The translations under genes and the position numbers were made by a program. This document shows positions 32,234-42,425 of a DNA stretch of 64,000 nucleotides, one piece after another. The notes under the pieces are model-generated. The model was not told the origin of the DNA. It did no database searches and saw only the letters and a list, made by a program, of their open reading frames with translations. The stretch's first letter is position 1. Each line of letters opens with the position of its first letter. Where the stretch lies: positions 32,001 through 96,000 of IMG/VR virus record IMGVR_UViG_3300029305_003110, one strand, 5' to 3'. Source of the stretch: a virus. Its lineage: Duplodnaviria > Caudoviricetes.

Positions 32234-35003
32234 TTACTTTTTATTTCCGTTTATAGAACTTGAGAAATCAAATATATCATCTTCTACAGTTTCTCTTTCT
32301 GTAGCATTTCGCTTCCCTTTTTTATTCAACAAATCCACTCCATCAAAATCTGAAGTTAAGCTATCTTCAGATAATGATTGTGGTAGATGTATATCGTCTA
32401 TTAACTGCATTCTATTATTAGATTCATACGGATGGTTAAAGTATCCCAAATCAGATAAATCTTTATATCGTATTTTAACACGTTTGAATGTCAAATAATA
32501 TTGACCAGTTTCACGTTTCTTTTCAACGTTTATAATACATACCCAGTCCGCGTTTTCAATTACTTCCCAAGCGCTTCCTACATTAGACCTTCCTAAAAAT
32601 CTAGCTAAATCTTCTTTATTAGATTGCATAGCTGCATCGATTGTCGATGCACCCGACCTATTTAACTGCATTTATCTTCCATTAGAGTCGTTAATTCTAA
32701 TGCGTTCTCTTACGAACTGCTATATATTTCTATATAGATGAGACTATATCTTCAACTATCGTACTGATAGTTGCTCTCCATTTCCACTCACTTGAGTGTA
32801 CTCTACTCGGTCATTCATACAAATCATTAGATTTATATTATCCTTTCGATAGTCGTTGAACCTTACTTATTTATATTAAAAGTTATATTTATCAGATATG
32901 TGTTTCCAATTTTTACGTCGTTTTATTTTAGAAATAAAATCTTTAGAATATCCTGTTTTATTATGTATATCTACGATTCTATTTCCAGATTCCAACATAG
33001 TACACACTATTATAGCATCAGAATTATTATATTTCGCCGATGGATTATTTTCGCCAATCAACACCCCTGAAGTAAAACAATATTTATTTGAAATAGTCTG
33101 CCATCGTCTTCCATTTCGTATATCACTAATTAAATCTCGGTCATAAATATTTACTGTCGACATAATATAATCAGTAGAATACCCTTGAGACAATAGTTTG
33201 CATATATTTTCTATTTCATCATTAGTGTATTTTGAGCGTCCCACATCTTCTCCATATTTTATTTTTTTCAATCCCAATTTTATAGCGTGAAGTTGATTTT
33301 CAGAATTATTACACCATTCTAAATTACCAACATAGTTATATTTTTTATTTCCATTAATATGATTTACTTGAAATTTATCTGAATTTTTGATTGGATTATA
33401 TGTTTGTAGAACTAATCGATGGATATAATATCTATATTCTTTATCATTATAATATAATGACACTTGAAGATATCCTGATGTGTGCGGTCTTGGCTTAAGG
33501 ATTTTTCCAGATTTCATATTTTTTACACGACCGTAACTGCTCACACAATAATGAGTTTCTATACCATCAATTATACATGGTTTCCATTCTTCTCCAGTAT
33601 TAATGTAAATAAACACACATATCACCTCCTATTGTATATAAAATTTCACATATCTTTTAATTAATATAAATAAATCTTGGCTGCTGATTACCCAATCATA
33701 AGAATTATCACACAGAGGTACCTTATGCTCTAAGGGCGTTCCAGCATTTAAAAGAGTTTTCAATATATTTTAATATATTGCCACCTTGTTGATGGGCTGT
33801 TATTACGGGAATATCTAATGTTTTGGCTAAGGTTTTTAATTCATTTGTTACATTTTTCAATTCTTCCTTCTCGTCTTTGGCTCTTTCTGCCGGACGTATA
33901 CGTTTAATATAGTCCAATATAAATGCCATAACTTCTTTACCCTCATCACTTAAATCATCTATGATGGTGTAAATATCATCAGTGCTTATAGTTCTATTTG
34001 CATGATACTGAATTATTATATCTATATTATTATCATCGGTTAATGTAAATTCACCAGATTCTTTTAACAGTTTAAGCACTTGTTTTGGTGTAAAGTTCCT
34101 TATATCTTCACTAGTTGTTGTCATATTAAAAAGACGTTCAACTGTCTCTTCAACAGAGTTTTCCATCGTTATCATCAATACACAGGGTTTCTTACCAGGT
34201 TTCTTCACCTGAATACCGTTGTTATATTTACGAATATCTCTCATTGTTTTTAATAGCATACCGGATTTCCATCCACCAGGCAATCCCATAAAGATATATA
34301 AACGCCCACCCATAAATGCTGGAGCCAATATCTGATTTAACTTCTGAATTCCTGTTTTTAATAACCTTGATGGATTTTTTAATTTTGTTACAATATCTAT
34401 TACATTATTTTCAAAATTATCATCATCCAAACTAAATGTATCGGTGTTGTCTACACTCTTAGCTTTTCTAACTCTATTTAATAAATCCGCACAAATATTA
34501 ACCAATTCAGAATTAATTTCAGAAAAACTTTTGTATTCCCCACTATCAAGTTTTTCTACAGTGTCATAAATGAGATCTTTATAATTATACAAATAATAGT
34601 ATTGGAGTCGGTCCTGTATTGCTTTATTAATATACTTTATTTCTTCAAAATTTATTTTTGAATACATCGGTATATTTTCTATAATTTCTTCATTTTCTCT
34701 ATCATACACATCCGACCTACAATAATTGATTATAGCATCATTATTTTCAAAGCCTTTATCAACACGAGCTTCTAATGCTTTTACAATAAATTTAAATCGA
34801 GCTTCCATTTGCTCATTATTTTCATAAACAGTCTCATCAATAACATCAAATAACTGCTTCATTATACTTAATGATTTTCTATTTATTTGGACAGACCGTT
34901 TAAATAAATAACCAATCAACATATTTAACATGGTTACATCAAATTTTAGAGGAATTTTCCTGTCCTCTGATGGTGTTTGTTTTATATTTGTCTTAAATAA
35001 CAT
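32234..35003 (-). CDS. dnaB: DnaB-like replicative helicase; exons 33792..35003 and 32234..32668; 548 aa spliced
   Basis: Walker A GLPGGWKS, TMEN, ILDYIK; spliced PVITAH|QLNR (motif H3); IENAD. Confidence 0.88.
32669..33791 (-). mobile_element. group I intron in dnaB carrying HNH homing endonuclease (1123 nt)
   Basis: P1 CCAU/GUGG with U.G; core AAAUGCUGGAA, AAUCAGCAGC, GACUA/UAGUC, AAGAUAUAGUC; terminal G at 32669; removal restores the frame. Confidence 0.9.
32876..33625 (-). CDS. intron-encoded NUMOD4-HNH homing endonuclease
   Basis: EEWK...YCVSSYGRV; HRLV...VNHINGNKKYNYVGNLEW; repeated C-terminal HTH-like ISxI...W units. Confidence 0.88.
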   Translation of the reverse strand: MICVFIYINTGEEWKPCIIDGIETHYCVSSYGRVKNMKSGKILKPRPHTSGYLQVSLYYNDKEYRYYIHRLVLQTYNPIKNSDKFQVNHINGNKKYNYVGNLEWCNNSENQLHAIKLGLKKIKYGEDVGRSKYTNDEIENICKLLSQGYSTDYIMSTVNIYDRDLISDIRNGRRWQTISNKYCFTSGVLIGENNPSAKYNNSDAIIVCTMLESGNRIVDIHNKTGYSKDFISKIKRRKNWKHISDKYNF

Positions 35004-35101
35004 TTCTCCCCACTTCCTCCAATTTCTTAAAATGTATTATAAAAATGTATGAATGGATATTTAATTTCACCATTCATACATTTTGTAAATTTACCCGGAA
35101 G

Positions 35102-36283
35102 CTATATATTTATTTTCTGATATAAATAATCCCTCATTTTATCGTATGATATATTTTTATTAAATTTTATTTTAATAAATCTTGACAACTTTTCCTCGGT
35201 AGGAGTTGCTTTATCAAAGATAAAATCATATGTGCTTAACAAAGTTTTTATCTTTTCTTCCATTTCTCTCTTCTTAATCTTTTCTTTACTATTGTTATTA
35301 ACAACTGTTTTTATATTCTTATACTTAATAAATATATCATTAATTAAATTTGTTAACAATATTGGATTTGGATAATCTTCAGGTATATTGAATACTATAC
35401 GAAGTCTATCGACTTTAATATTATTAACCAAATTAACTATATATTCGATTTGCTGAGTCTCATCGGTTCTATAAAATGAAGAATTATAATCAATTGTCAT
35501 AGTATCGAATTTCTTTGCATGTTTATTTTCTATAAACTCTATATCGTAGTTAGATGTATGCGGTGTGTATGCTACAGTAAAGAATCCTTTCGGCTCTTCT
35601 TCACCAAAAATCCATCTACTAAAAGAACCTACATAATAAATCCTCTCTTTAATACATTGGGACTTATGGATATGTCCAAAGAATATTGGTCCTTTACAAA
35701 TGTCTAATAATGTATCCGATTTAAATATTGGAGCTCTAGCCATAGTAACTTCGCTCTCCTGAAGCTTTGCAACAAATGCGACCTCATTAATCAGTCCGTG
35801 ACCAAAGATCATATCATATTTATCCGATTGATTGAAATACTCTTTATAATATTCATCTTTATCCTGAACATACTCTTCTGGTATATATAATACATTAAAA
35901 TCTTCGAACAACTCTTCATCAGCAACCGTTTCAATAACCTTGATATCGCAATTAGAATTTGCTAAAAATTTCAATATATCCAACTGTTTATTATCATGGA
36001 ATTCTGTACCCTTTACTATTCTTAATTTAGCATTATGCTTTATACAAATGTCGATAAGCTTTCGTAAGAATACGAATAAATATTTTGTATGATCCGAGTT
36101 TAGTGATAATTTATTATCAAATAGGTCGCCGGCAATAACAACAAAATCTAATATTTTTAATGATTTGAGATATTTGATAAATGACTCATCTAATTCGTAT
36201 ATTAAATCTTCCGCTTTAAATGCTCCACCATGGATGTCAGCTATAACAACACCAACATACGTTTTGTCTGCCATACGATTCAC
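35102..36283 (-). CDS. sbcD: SbcD/Mre11-like nuclease
   Basis: ADIHG, AGDLFD, GTEFHD, FGHG, GHIH, YVGS metallophosphoesterase motifs. Confidence 0.85.
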   Translation of the reverse strand: MNRMADKTYVGVVIADIHGGAFKAEDLIYELDESFIKYLKSLKILDFVVIAGDLFDNKLSLNSDHTKYLFVFLRKLIDICIKHNAKLRIVKGTEFHDNKQLDILKFLANSNCDIKVIETVADEELFEDFNVLYIPEEYVQDKDEYYKEYFNQSDKYDMIFGHGLINEVAFVAKLQESEVTMARAPIFKSDTLLDICKGPIFFGHIHKSQCIKERIYYVGSFSRWIFGEEEPKGFFTVAYTPHTSNYDIEFIENKHAKKFDTMTIDYNSSFYRTDETQQIEYIVNLVNNIKVDRLRIVFNIPEDYPNPILLTNLINDIFIKYKNIKTVVNNNSKEKIKKREMEEKIKTLLSTYDFIFDKATPTEEKLSRFIKIKFNKNISYDKMRDYLYQKINI

Positions 36284-36287
36284 CTTC

Positions 36288-36944
36288 TTATTTAATATAT
36301 TCAGACCATTCTGTCTGTTCGTTTAAATTATAATATGAGTGATAGAAATCTACAATTTTATATGCAAATTTTATATATGGTTCTAAAGAATTTCTATCTA
36401 TAAATTTTGTTGCATTGTTTTTATCATTTGCCAATACTATACCAACCTGTTCGACTGTATATCCACGTAACTCTAATAATATTGTGTATAGTGCTAATTG
36501 AATAAACATTGTCAATCTTATTTGCTTAGATGTTTTAAAATCGACAATAGTATATTTACCGTTAACCTTTCCATAAAAGTCAACAGTCCCCCCAAACAAT
36601 TCACTTACAAATTCCTTCTCTTGAAATATTGGTTCGATATCATTATTATTGAACCAAGTAAAGAAATTATTTAAATATTTAAAAACTGTGGCTCTATCTA
36701 TATTATCTATAGGTATAAATAATATATACTTTTTAGATATAATTCCTTCTATTAATAAATGTATCAATGAGCCTAGTTTAGATGTTTCTTCCAATACATC
36801 ATCGACATTTTGCCGTTTAAACCCAAGATAATTTGCCCATTTTACAAGGGCAGGTTTATTTAATATTTTTAATATTGTGGTCGCGCTAGGTATCTCAACT
36901 CCTCTATCATTATAATATGCTTTATGAGTTTCTGTATATTTCAA
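36288..36944 (-). CDS. PD-(D/E)XK (RecB/Cas4-like) exonuclease
   Basis: PSATTIL, GSLIH, GGTVD, IVDFKTS, QLALY. Confidence 0.82.
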   Translation of the reverse strand: MKYTETHKAYYNDRGVEIPSATTILKILNKPALVKWANYLGFKRQNVDDVLEETSKLGSLIHLLIEGIISKKYILFIPIDNIDRATVFKYLNNFFTWFNNNDIEPIFQEKEFVSELFGGTVDFYGKVNGKYTIVDFKTSKQIRLTMFIQLALYTILLELRGYTVEQVGIVLANDKNNATKFIDRNSLEPYIKFAYKIVDFYHSYYNLNEQTEWSEYIK

Positions 36945-37033
36945 GTCGCTCCTCTCCTTTAATATCTGTTAACTTCAAAATAATTATATAATATTTTATT
37001 ACTATATTAACAAAATATTAGAACTAATTATAT

Positions 37034-37110
37034 TGGGCTGTAGCCAAGTGGGTAAGGCACCAGATTTTGATTCTGGCATTTCGCAGGTTCGAGTCCTACC
37101 AGCCCAGCCA
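37034..37110 (+). tRNA. trnQ: tRNA-Gln(TTG)
   Basis: Acceptor stem TGGGCTG/CAGCCCA, anticodon arm CCAGA-TTTTGAT-TCTGG, GGTTCGAG T-loop, encoded CCA. Confidence 0.95.
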
Positions 37111-37150
37111 TTTATTTTTTATTATATGAACACAATTATAATTATATTAT

Positions 37151-37237
37151 GCGAGAGTGGCAGAATAGGCATATGCAGCGGACTTAAAATCCGCCGTCCG
37201 TGAGGAATTGAGGGTTCAAGTCCCTCCTCTCGCACCA
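37151..37237 (+). tRNA. trnL: tRNA-Leu(TAA)
   Basis: GCGAGAG/CTCTCGC acceptor, GCGGA-CTTAAAA-TCCGC anticodon arm, long variable arm, GGTTCAAG, encoded CCA. Confidence 0.95.
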
Positions 37238-37284
37238 CCAAAATACATTTCCCCAAGAGTAAATGTGTTCATTTTTTTCTCCTA

Positions 37285-37320
37285 AGTATCCATACGGTTT
37301 TTTAGTACCGTATGGATACT
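37285..37320 (+). terminator. intrinsic terminator after tRNAs
   Basis: AGTATCCATACGGT/ACCGTATGGATACT stem followed by ATTTTTTT. Confidence 0.75.
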
Positions 37321-37379
37321 ATTTTTTTATAATATATATTTAATAAACTAGCAAAATAGTTTCATTTTTAACCTGACAA

Positions 37380-37391
37380 AACAATATATTA
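37380..37391 (+). promoter_or_regulatory. AACA-N6-TA late-type promoter (representative copy)
   Basis: AACA-ATATAT-TA 33 nt before ATG 37424; the same motif precedes most + strand transcription units. Confidence 0.65.
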
Positions 37392-37423
37392 AAAGTTTAA
37401 ATATATAGAAAGGGGCATTTATT

Positions 37424-38371
37424 ATGGGTTTAAAATCACTTGAAAAAACCTTTATATATACTCATTTGAATAGATCCAATGGATTGACAAATAATATTGC
37501 CGGATTATTATCAAATGGTATAATACTAACGGAAAAAAATTTAGAAGAGCCATTCATGATAATAATGAAAAACTTTAAATTCCCATTAAAATATAAAGTT
37601 ATGGAAGACTTTAAAAATGGCAATATAGTTTTGATGTATTCAACAAACACAAAATTACCGACAGCATTACCATTCTTTTTAACAAAGAATAATGAAGGAC
37701 GTGTTGTTGCTGTAGTATCTGTAAATATATATGGATCTATGAATAAAGAAACAGGAGACGTGACTATTGATGCTAAGAAATTATATTGCATGATGGAGTC
37801 TGCGTATTTAGCTAAGGTATGCTTTTTCCATGATAAACAATTGTCTGCAAGAAATGTATTATTATCCAATGGTAGTAATATATACTCATCTATGTTTGCA
37901 AGAGTACTTAATAAAAAATATGCATTAAATTTAGATAAAACTAAATTACATAAAGTATTACTACTATCTAGTAAATTTTATCTTATAAATATTCTTGGAT
38001 TACCTGATAATGAATTAGTATTTAATTATGCAATAAAAAATTGCCCTAATGGAAACTTATATTCATTAGAAGAAACAAATAATATATTAGCTATGAAAGA
38101 TTATGAAAATCTCGAAACCTTTATAAAGGCATTAACAAAACCAGAATTAGGATTAAATTTCAGAGATTTGACTACACATAATTACTTGGAAGCGTTCATA
38201 AATATGTATGATGCAAGTAATTTATTATCATTAGAATCGTTTCCATATTTTGTATATAATATCGTATCAGTTACAAATGGTGCATATATAAATAATCAAT
38301 ATGTATTAGAAGATATAGTTGGTTCTAGTGGTGCTAAAATTTATAATGATATTATGAATCTCGATAAATAA
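37424..38371 (+). CDS. putative virion structural protein
   Basis: 315 aa, first gene of the + strand block, late-type promoter. Confidence 0.6.
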   Translation: MGLKSLEKTFIYTHLNRSNGLTNNIAGLLSNGIILTEKNLEEPFMIIMKNFKFPLKYKVMEDFKNGNIVLMYSTNTKLPTALPFFLTKNNEGRVVAVVSVNIYGSMNKETGDVTIDAKKLYCMMESAYLAKVCFFHDKQLSARNVLLSNGSNIYSSMFARVLNKKYALNLDKTKLHKVLLLSSKFYLINILGLPDNELVFNYAIKNCPNGNLYSLEETNNILAMKDYENLETFIKALTKPELGLNFRDLTTHNYLEAFINMYDASNLLSLESFPYFVYNIVSVTNGAYINNQYVLEDIVGSSGAKIYNDIMNLDK

Positions 38372-38382
38372 TATGAAAGGAG

Positions 38383-41300
38383 ATGATATATATGAGCGGA
38401 CAAGAACAAATTGTCAGCACCATTCAACGTGTTAAAACCAAGGATGGTTATCAGACAATATTTCCAATAAATACAACACGTGATGTATATTATAAATTAT
38501 CTGATAATTTAGATGATAGTATAACATTACAAAAATATTTAGAAACTTCATTTATACCTAAATCAAATTCATCTATTGATGGAGATGGCACTATAACTAC
38601 GTTCAGAGATGTATATTCTGGTGCTGTGAATGGTACAACCGAAGATACTGATATTAGGATAAATTTACCGATTAAAGGTACTACCGCCGGAGTACCTTTT
38701 ACTCTCGATATGAGTATTGGTGCAGATGAGCGGGTCATGTTAAATAATTTAAATAGCCACAAAGTTGAAGAGTTTATGGCGAATGAAACATCAGGTCTTA
38801 ATACTGTAATATGCTCTTCAATATCATCACTTGGAACAAATCTTATCATTAGTGGACGAGGTAATGGGGCAGAAGTTAGAGCATATAAGATTATAGATAA
38901 TGCGTTAAAAGTTATGACGATTTCTCCAGAACCCTCTACTGAAATCGGTAGAGTGGAATTATGTGCACTGTCCGATGATGGGCAATATATGGCATTATAT
39001 GGAGAATTAAATGAACTCGCAATCTATACAAAAACTGATGATTTAACATATACTAGAATTGGTCAGTTAAACCCTATCAATGTTAGCACAGATATAACAA
39101 ATCTTGATAATTTAACGATACTCGACCCAAATAGAACTAGCTCGTCATCTACTAATAGACAACTATTCATTATGCTTGGCGGTCCTAATAGAGCCGCAGC
39201 TTTATTCAGCTTTGATAGTCTCGGTTCATTTTCACAATTAAAGGAAGACTTTATTCCCACTTATCGTCCATATGTAGTGACAACATCTACCGATAGTTCA
39301 ACTATGGTTATTGCTGCAAAAACAGGCGCATCGACACCTATCACTTATGTATACATATATACTTTTAATAGTGAAACTGCACAATACATTCTTAGGTACT
39401 CATCAGCATTATCTAGTCTAGTAAATAATAGTAGTGGTGATATTCAGAGTATATCCTTAAGACCTGATGGTGCCATGGTATCGTTTGTGTTAGCAAGTAA
39501 TAAGAAGGTAATCTATAGAGCAAATATTGTTAATGGAACAATACCTACTAACGACGTGAAGGGTATCACTCTGCAGCACGAGGTAGTCATACACAACCAT
39601 ATGCAAGATGACAATATACTGGCATCGGTAATTAAAGAATATAATACATTCAATCCGGTTATATCGGTATTCAATGTATCTACTGGCGAATCGGTATATA
39701 ACACAGATAATATAGATAACTTATTTAAAAACCCAGCAAGTAATATAGGACTGTCTGCAAATAAAAAATATGGATTTATTATTAAACAAAAAGAAACAAC
39801 AACTGAGGCAGACCCATATAATAATGAACCGCAAATAGTACCATTTGAATTCGGTATAAATGAATTAGTTCCGTCAATTGGAACTAATCCCTCACAAATG
39901 GTAGTTGGTGAACATTGCGTAGTATCAAAAAATGGAATGTATTTAGCGGTGTTACCATCAAGAAGCGGAAGCGAAATGTCAAACTTGACGGTATATAAAA
40001 CAACCGGTGGTTCATATTTAAAAATAAACGATACTATATTAAATACTACAAATATAAACGCCAATGATGCAACAGACATAATCATGTCGCCAGATGGTAT
40101 GGTTATAGCCGTAGTGTTATCAAGAACTATCCACGTATTCTATAATCTTGGCAACGATGTATTCTTAACAGAAACCGCAACAATGTCTCAATCCGACATA
40201 ACATGTGCTGCCATATCAAATAAAACTACCAGAGGATATGCGATGTTTATGGCTGGAATTAGTGGAGCTGCAGGATATTTGATAACCGCAACATCGGTCA
40301 AATTGACGGTGGCTGGTGCGCAATCATCTGCACCATCAATATTCTATGGAATACCAACAGGTATGTGTATACACGATAATAAATTCGTATACGTATCATC
40401 ATACAATGCAACTAATCAAGAAACTAGAATTGAACGATTTGTATTAATAGATTCTGGCACAATGAACACATCAGCAACAAACATGGGAACATTGCCCGAA
40501 GCCCCAAAGAAATTGCTATTAAATACTACAGAAAATGGATATGTGTATGCAATAAAACCACCCGAATCGGTAGAAGACGGATCATCTTTAATAGGAATGT
40601 GGATGGCAACAAATAATGTAACAAACCCATCTGTAGAAATTATTCTTAATGGTTTAGATATTTCTGATACATCATATATAACATTTGATAAGTCGAATAG
40701 ATATCTATATGCGTTATCTTCAAATAGAAAGACTATTCGCTGCTATAGTATAAGTACTCCCGATAATATTGTGAACGAATTAACCCTTACCCTTGTATCT
40801 GAATATTCATCAAAAAATATGATAGGTGTAAAGCGATTATTTGTTTCTACATATGATGACAGACTAGTTGCATATTCATCATTATTCCCATATGTTTTTG
40901 TATTTAATCATACCACAGTATCTGGATTATCGGATTTGAAATTCTCTGGAACTATAATGGCTAATCCTCAACTAGATGAATCCGGAAATCAAATTCAAGC
41001 AGCATTGTGGGCAAATACATCAGCTAACTACGATAATACACAATTCATAAAATCAGTATATGTTGGTACAAATGAAGATCTCTCCGGATATATAATAATA
41101 GAATTAAATAGTTTTGGACTAACAAATGCATCAGTATATATTCGTGAATTATCATTATACAGACAACCCGATGAGTCTATCGATTATTCAAATATATCAG
41201 TAGAAGCATTAGACTTAACTAATACTAACCTCGAAAATTTGGAAATTGTGAACATGACCCCATCAACAACCTTTAGAAATATAGATGTTTCTGAATCTCT

Positions 41301-41613
41301 TACAGTGGATGGTTGTCGTGTGGTAACTTTAAATAGAGTTCGTGGATTTGTATTAAGTCCTGGTTCCTGGAACGAAGAAACCATAATTGAGAATGGTGCG
41401 ACTATTCAACATCACAGATATCGTATATATAATGACACTATAACACCTGATAGTATTGTAAATATTGATATTGTTGATAACACTAGCTTAGCTATATCAG
41501 TTAGTGCTAATGTCAAATCAATTACAGTAGAAGGGGATGGATATGTTGATATATTCGCATATTCAAAACCAACAGGAGATATTATTGTAGACATTAACAT
41601 CATGAATAATTAA
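38383..41613 (+). CDS. large beta-propeller-like virion/receptor-binding protein
   Basis: 1076 aa; WD40-like blades (ALSDDGQYMALY, SLRPDGAMVSF, VSKNGMYLAV, MSPDGMVIAV, FDKSNRYLYA). Confidence 0.6.
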   Translation: MIYMSGQEQIVSTIQRVKTKDGYQTIFPINTTRDVYYKLSDNLDDSITLQKYLETSFIPKSNSSIDGDGTITTFRDVYSGAVNGTTEDTDIRINLPIKGTTAGVPFTLDMSIGADERVMLNNLNSHKVEEFMANETSGLNTVICSSISSLGTNLIISGRGNGAEVRAYKIIDNALKVMTISPEPSTEIGRVELCALSDDGQYMALYGELNELAIYTKTDDLTYTRIGQLNPINVSTDITNLDNLTILDPNRTSSSSTNRQLFIMLGGPNRAAALFSFDSLGSFSQLKEDFIPTYRPYVVTTSTDSSTMVIAAKTGASTPITYVYIYTFNSETAQYILRYSSALSSLVNNSSGDIQSISLRPDGAMVSFVLASNKKVIYRANIVNGTIPTNDVKGITLQHEVVIHNHMQDDNILASVIKEYNTFNPVISVFNVSTGESVYNTDNIDNLFKNPASNIGLSANKKYGFIIKQKETTTEADPYNNEPQIVPFEFGINELVPSIGTNPSQMVVGEHCVVSKNGMYLAVLPSRSGSEMSNLTVYKTTGGSYLKINDTILNTTNINANDATDIIMSPDGMVIAVVLSRTIHVFYNLGNDVFLTETATMSQSDITCAAISNKTTRGYAMFMAGISGAAGYLITATSVKLTVAGAQSSAPSIFYGIPTGMCIHDNKFVYVSSYNATNQETRIERFVLIDSGTMNTSATNMGTLPEAPKKLLLNTTENGYVYAIKPPESVEDGSSLIGMWMATNNVTNPSVEIILNGLDISDTSYITFDKSNRYLYALSSNRKTIRCYSISTPDNIVNELTLTLVSEYSSKNMIGVKRLFVSTYDDRLVAYSSLFPYVFVFNHTTVSGLSDLKFSGTIMANPQLDESGNQIQAALWANTSANYDNTQFIKSVYVGTNEDLSGYIIIELNSFGLTNASVYIRELSLYRQPDESIDYSNISVEALDLTNTNLENLEIVNMTPSTTFRNIDVSESLTVDGCRVVTLNRVRGFVLSPGSWNEETIIENGATIQHHRYRIYNDTITPDSIVNIDIVDNTSLAISVSANVKSITVEGDGYVDIFAYSKPTGDIIVDINIMNN

Positions 41614-41749
41614 TTTTTTTATTAATGGTTAGTAATGGATTTTACCATTACTAACCGTTTTTAATGCTTTTTTATATAGATATTGGGCTCTTCAAACATT
41701 CTAATAATAAAATTTTAATAAGTAAAATTATGAAAGGAAGTGTTTATTT

Positions 41750-42406
41750 ATGGGTGTAATTAATACAGGTGTTGATACCGTATATATTCTTGGACGAATC
41801 TCCAAACTAGAATCTAAATTAGAAGAGTTATTATATGAAGATGTAGCTATTAATAATTTTTCAACTAATAAACCAACTACTGAATATGGCTCAACTATAA
41901 CTAGCGTTATTTTATTGTGGGACATTAATAAAACCCCTACTAGTCTAACATTAGATGGTGAATCCATAGATGTAAATTCTAAAAACAAAGTTATTTCTAA
42001 ATTAGAAATAACATTCGATAATAATAAAACCTGGACTCTAATTGCGACTGGCGAACATGGAGAAACGTCTAAAATGACTACAAGCGTTTCTTTCTCTAAT
42101 GGTGTATATTATGGAACATCTTCAGAACCAGAAACATATAATAGTGAGTTTGTTTTAGGGCTTACAAAAACATTAAGGACTACAAAATTACCAATATTTA
42201 CTGTAAATGCTGCAGAAGATAAATATATTTACTATTGTGTGCCATCTAGGTATGGTAAATGTAAATTTATTATAGGTGGATTTGAAGGTGGTATAGTACT
42301 TAAAGAGACTATATCATTTACAAACTCTTCAGGTTATACCGAGTCATATGATATATACAGATCCGATTATAGCGGTCTTGGAGAAACGATAGTAAACGTA
42401 CAATGA
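41750..42406 (+). CDS. Ig-like virion accessory protein
   Basis: Thr/Ser-rich beta strands; YIYYCVP...FTNSSGYTESYDIYRS; loosely similar to 56114..57031. Confidence 0.55.
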   Translation: MGVINTGVDTVYILGRISKLESKLEELLYEDVAINNFSTNKPTTEYGSTITSVILLWDINKTPTSLTLDGESIDVNSKNKVISKLEITFDNNKTWTLIATGEHGETSKMTTSVSFSNGVYYGTSSEPETYNSEFVLGLTKTLRTTKLPIFTVNAAEDKYIYYCVPSRYGKCKFIIGGFEGGIVLKETISFTNSSGYTESYDIYRSDYSGLGETIVNVQ

Positions 42407-42425
42407 TATGGAGGTGTAATATATT

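Noticed and set aside
36288-36944. cas4 of a CRISPR system
   Set aside because: No Fe-S cysteine cluster and no array or other cas genes; fits a stand-alone phage exonuclease
38490-41988. Minus-strand ORFs inside structural genes (for example 39513..40085)
   Set aside because: Antisense shadows of long plus-strand ORFs, with no RBS or recognisable motifs
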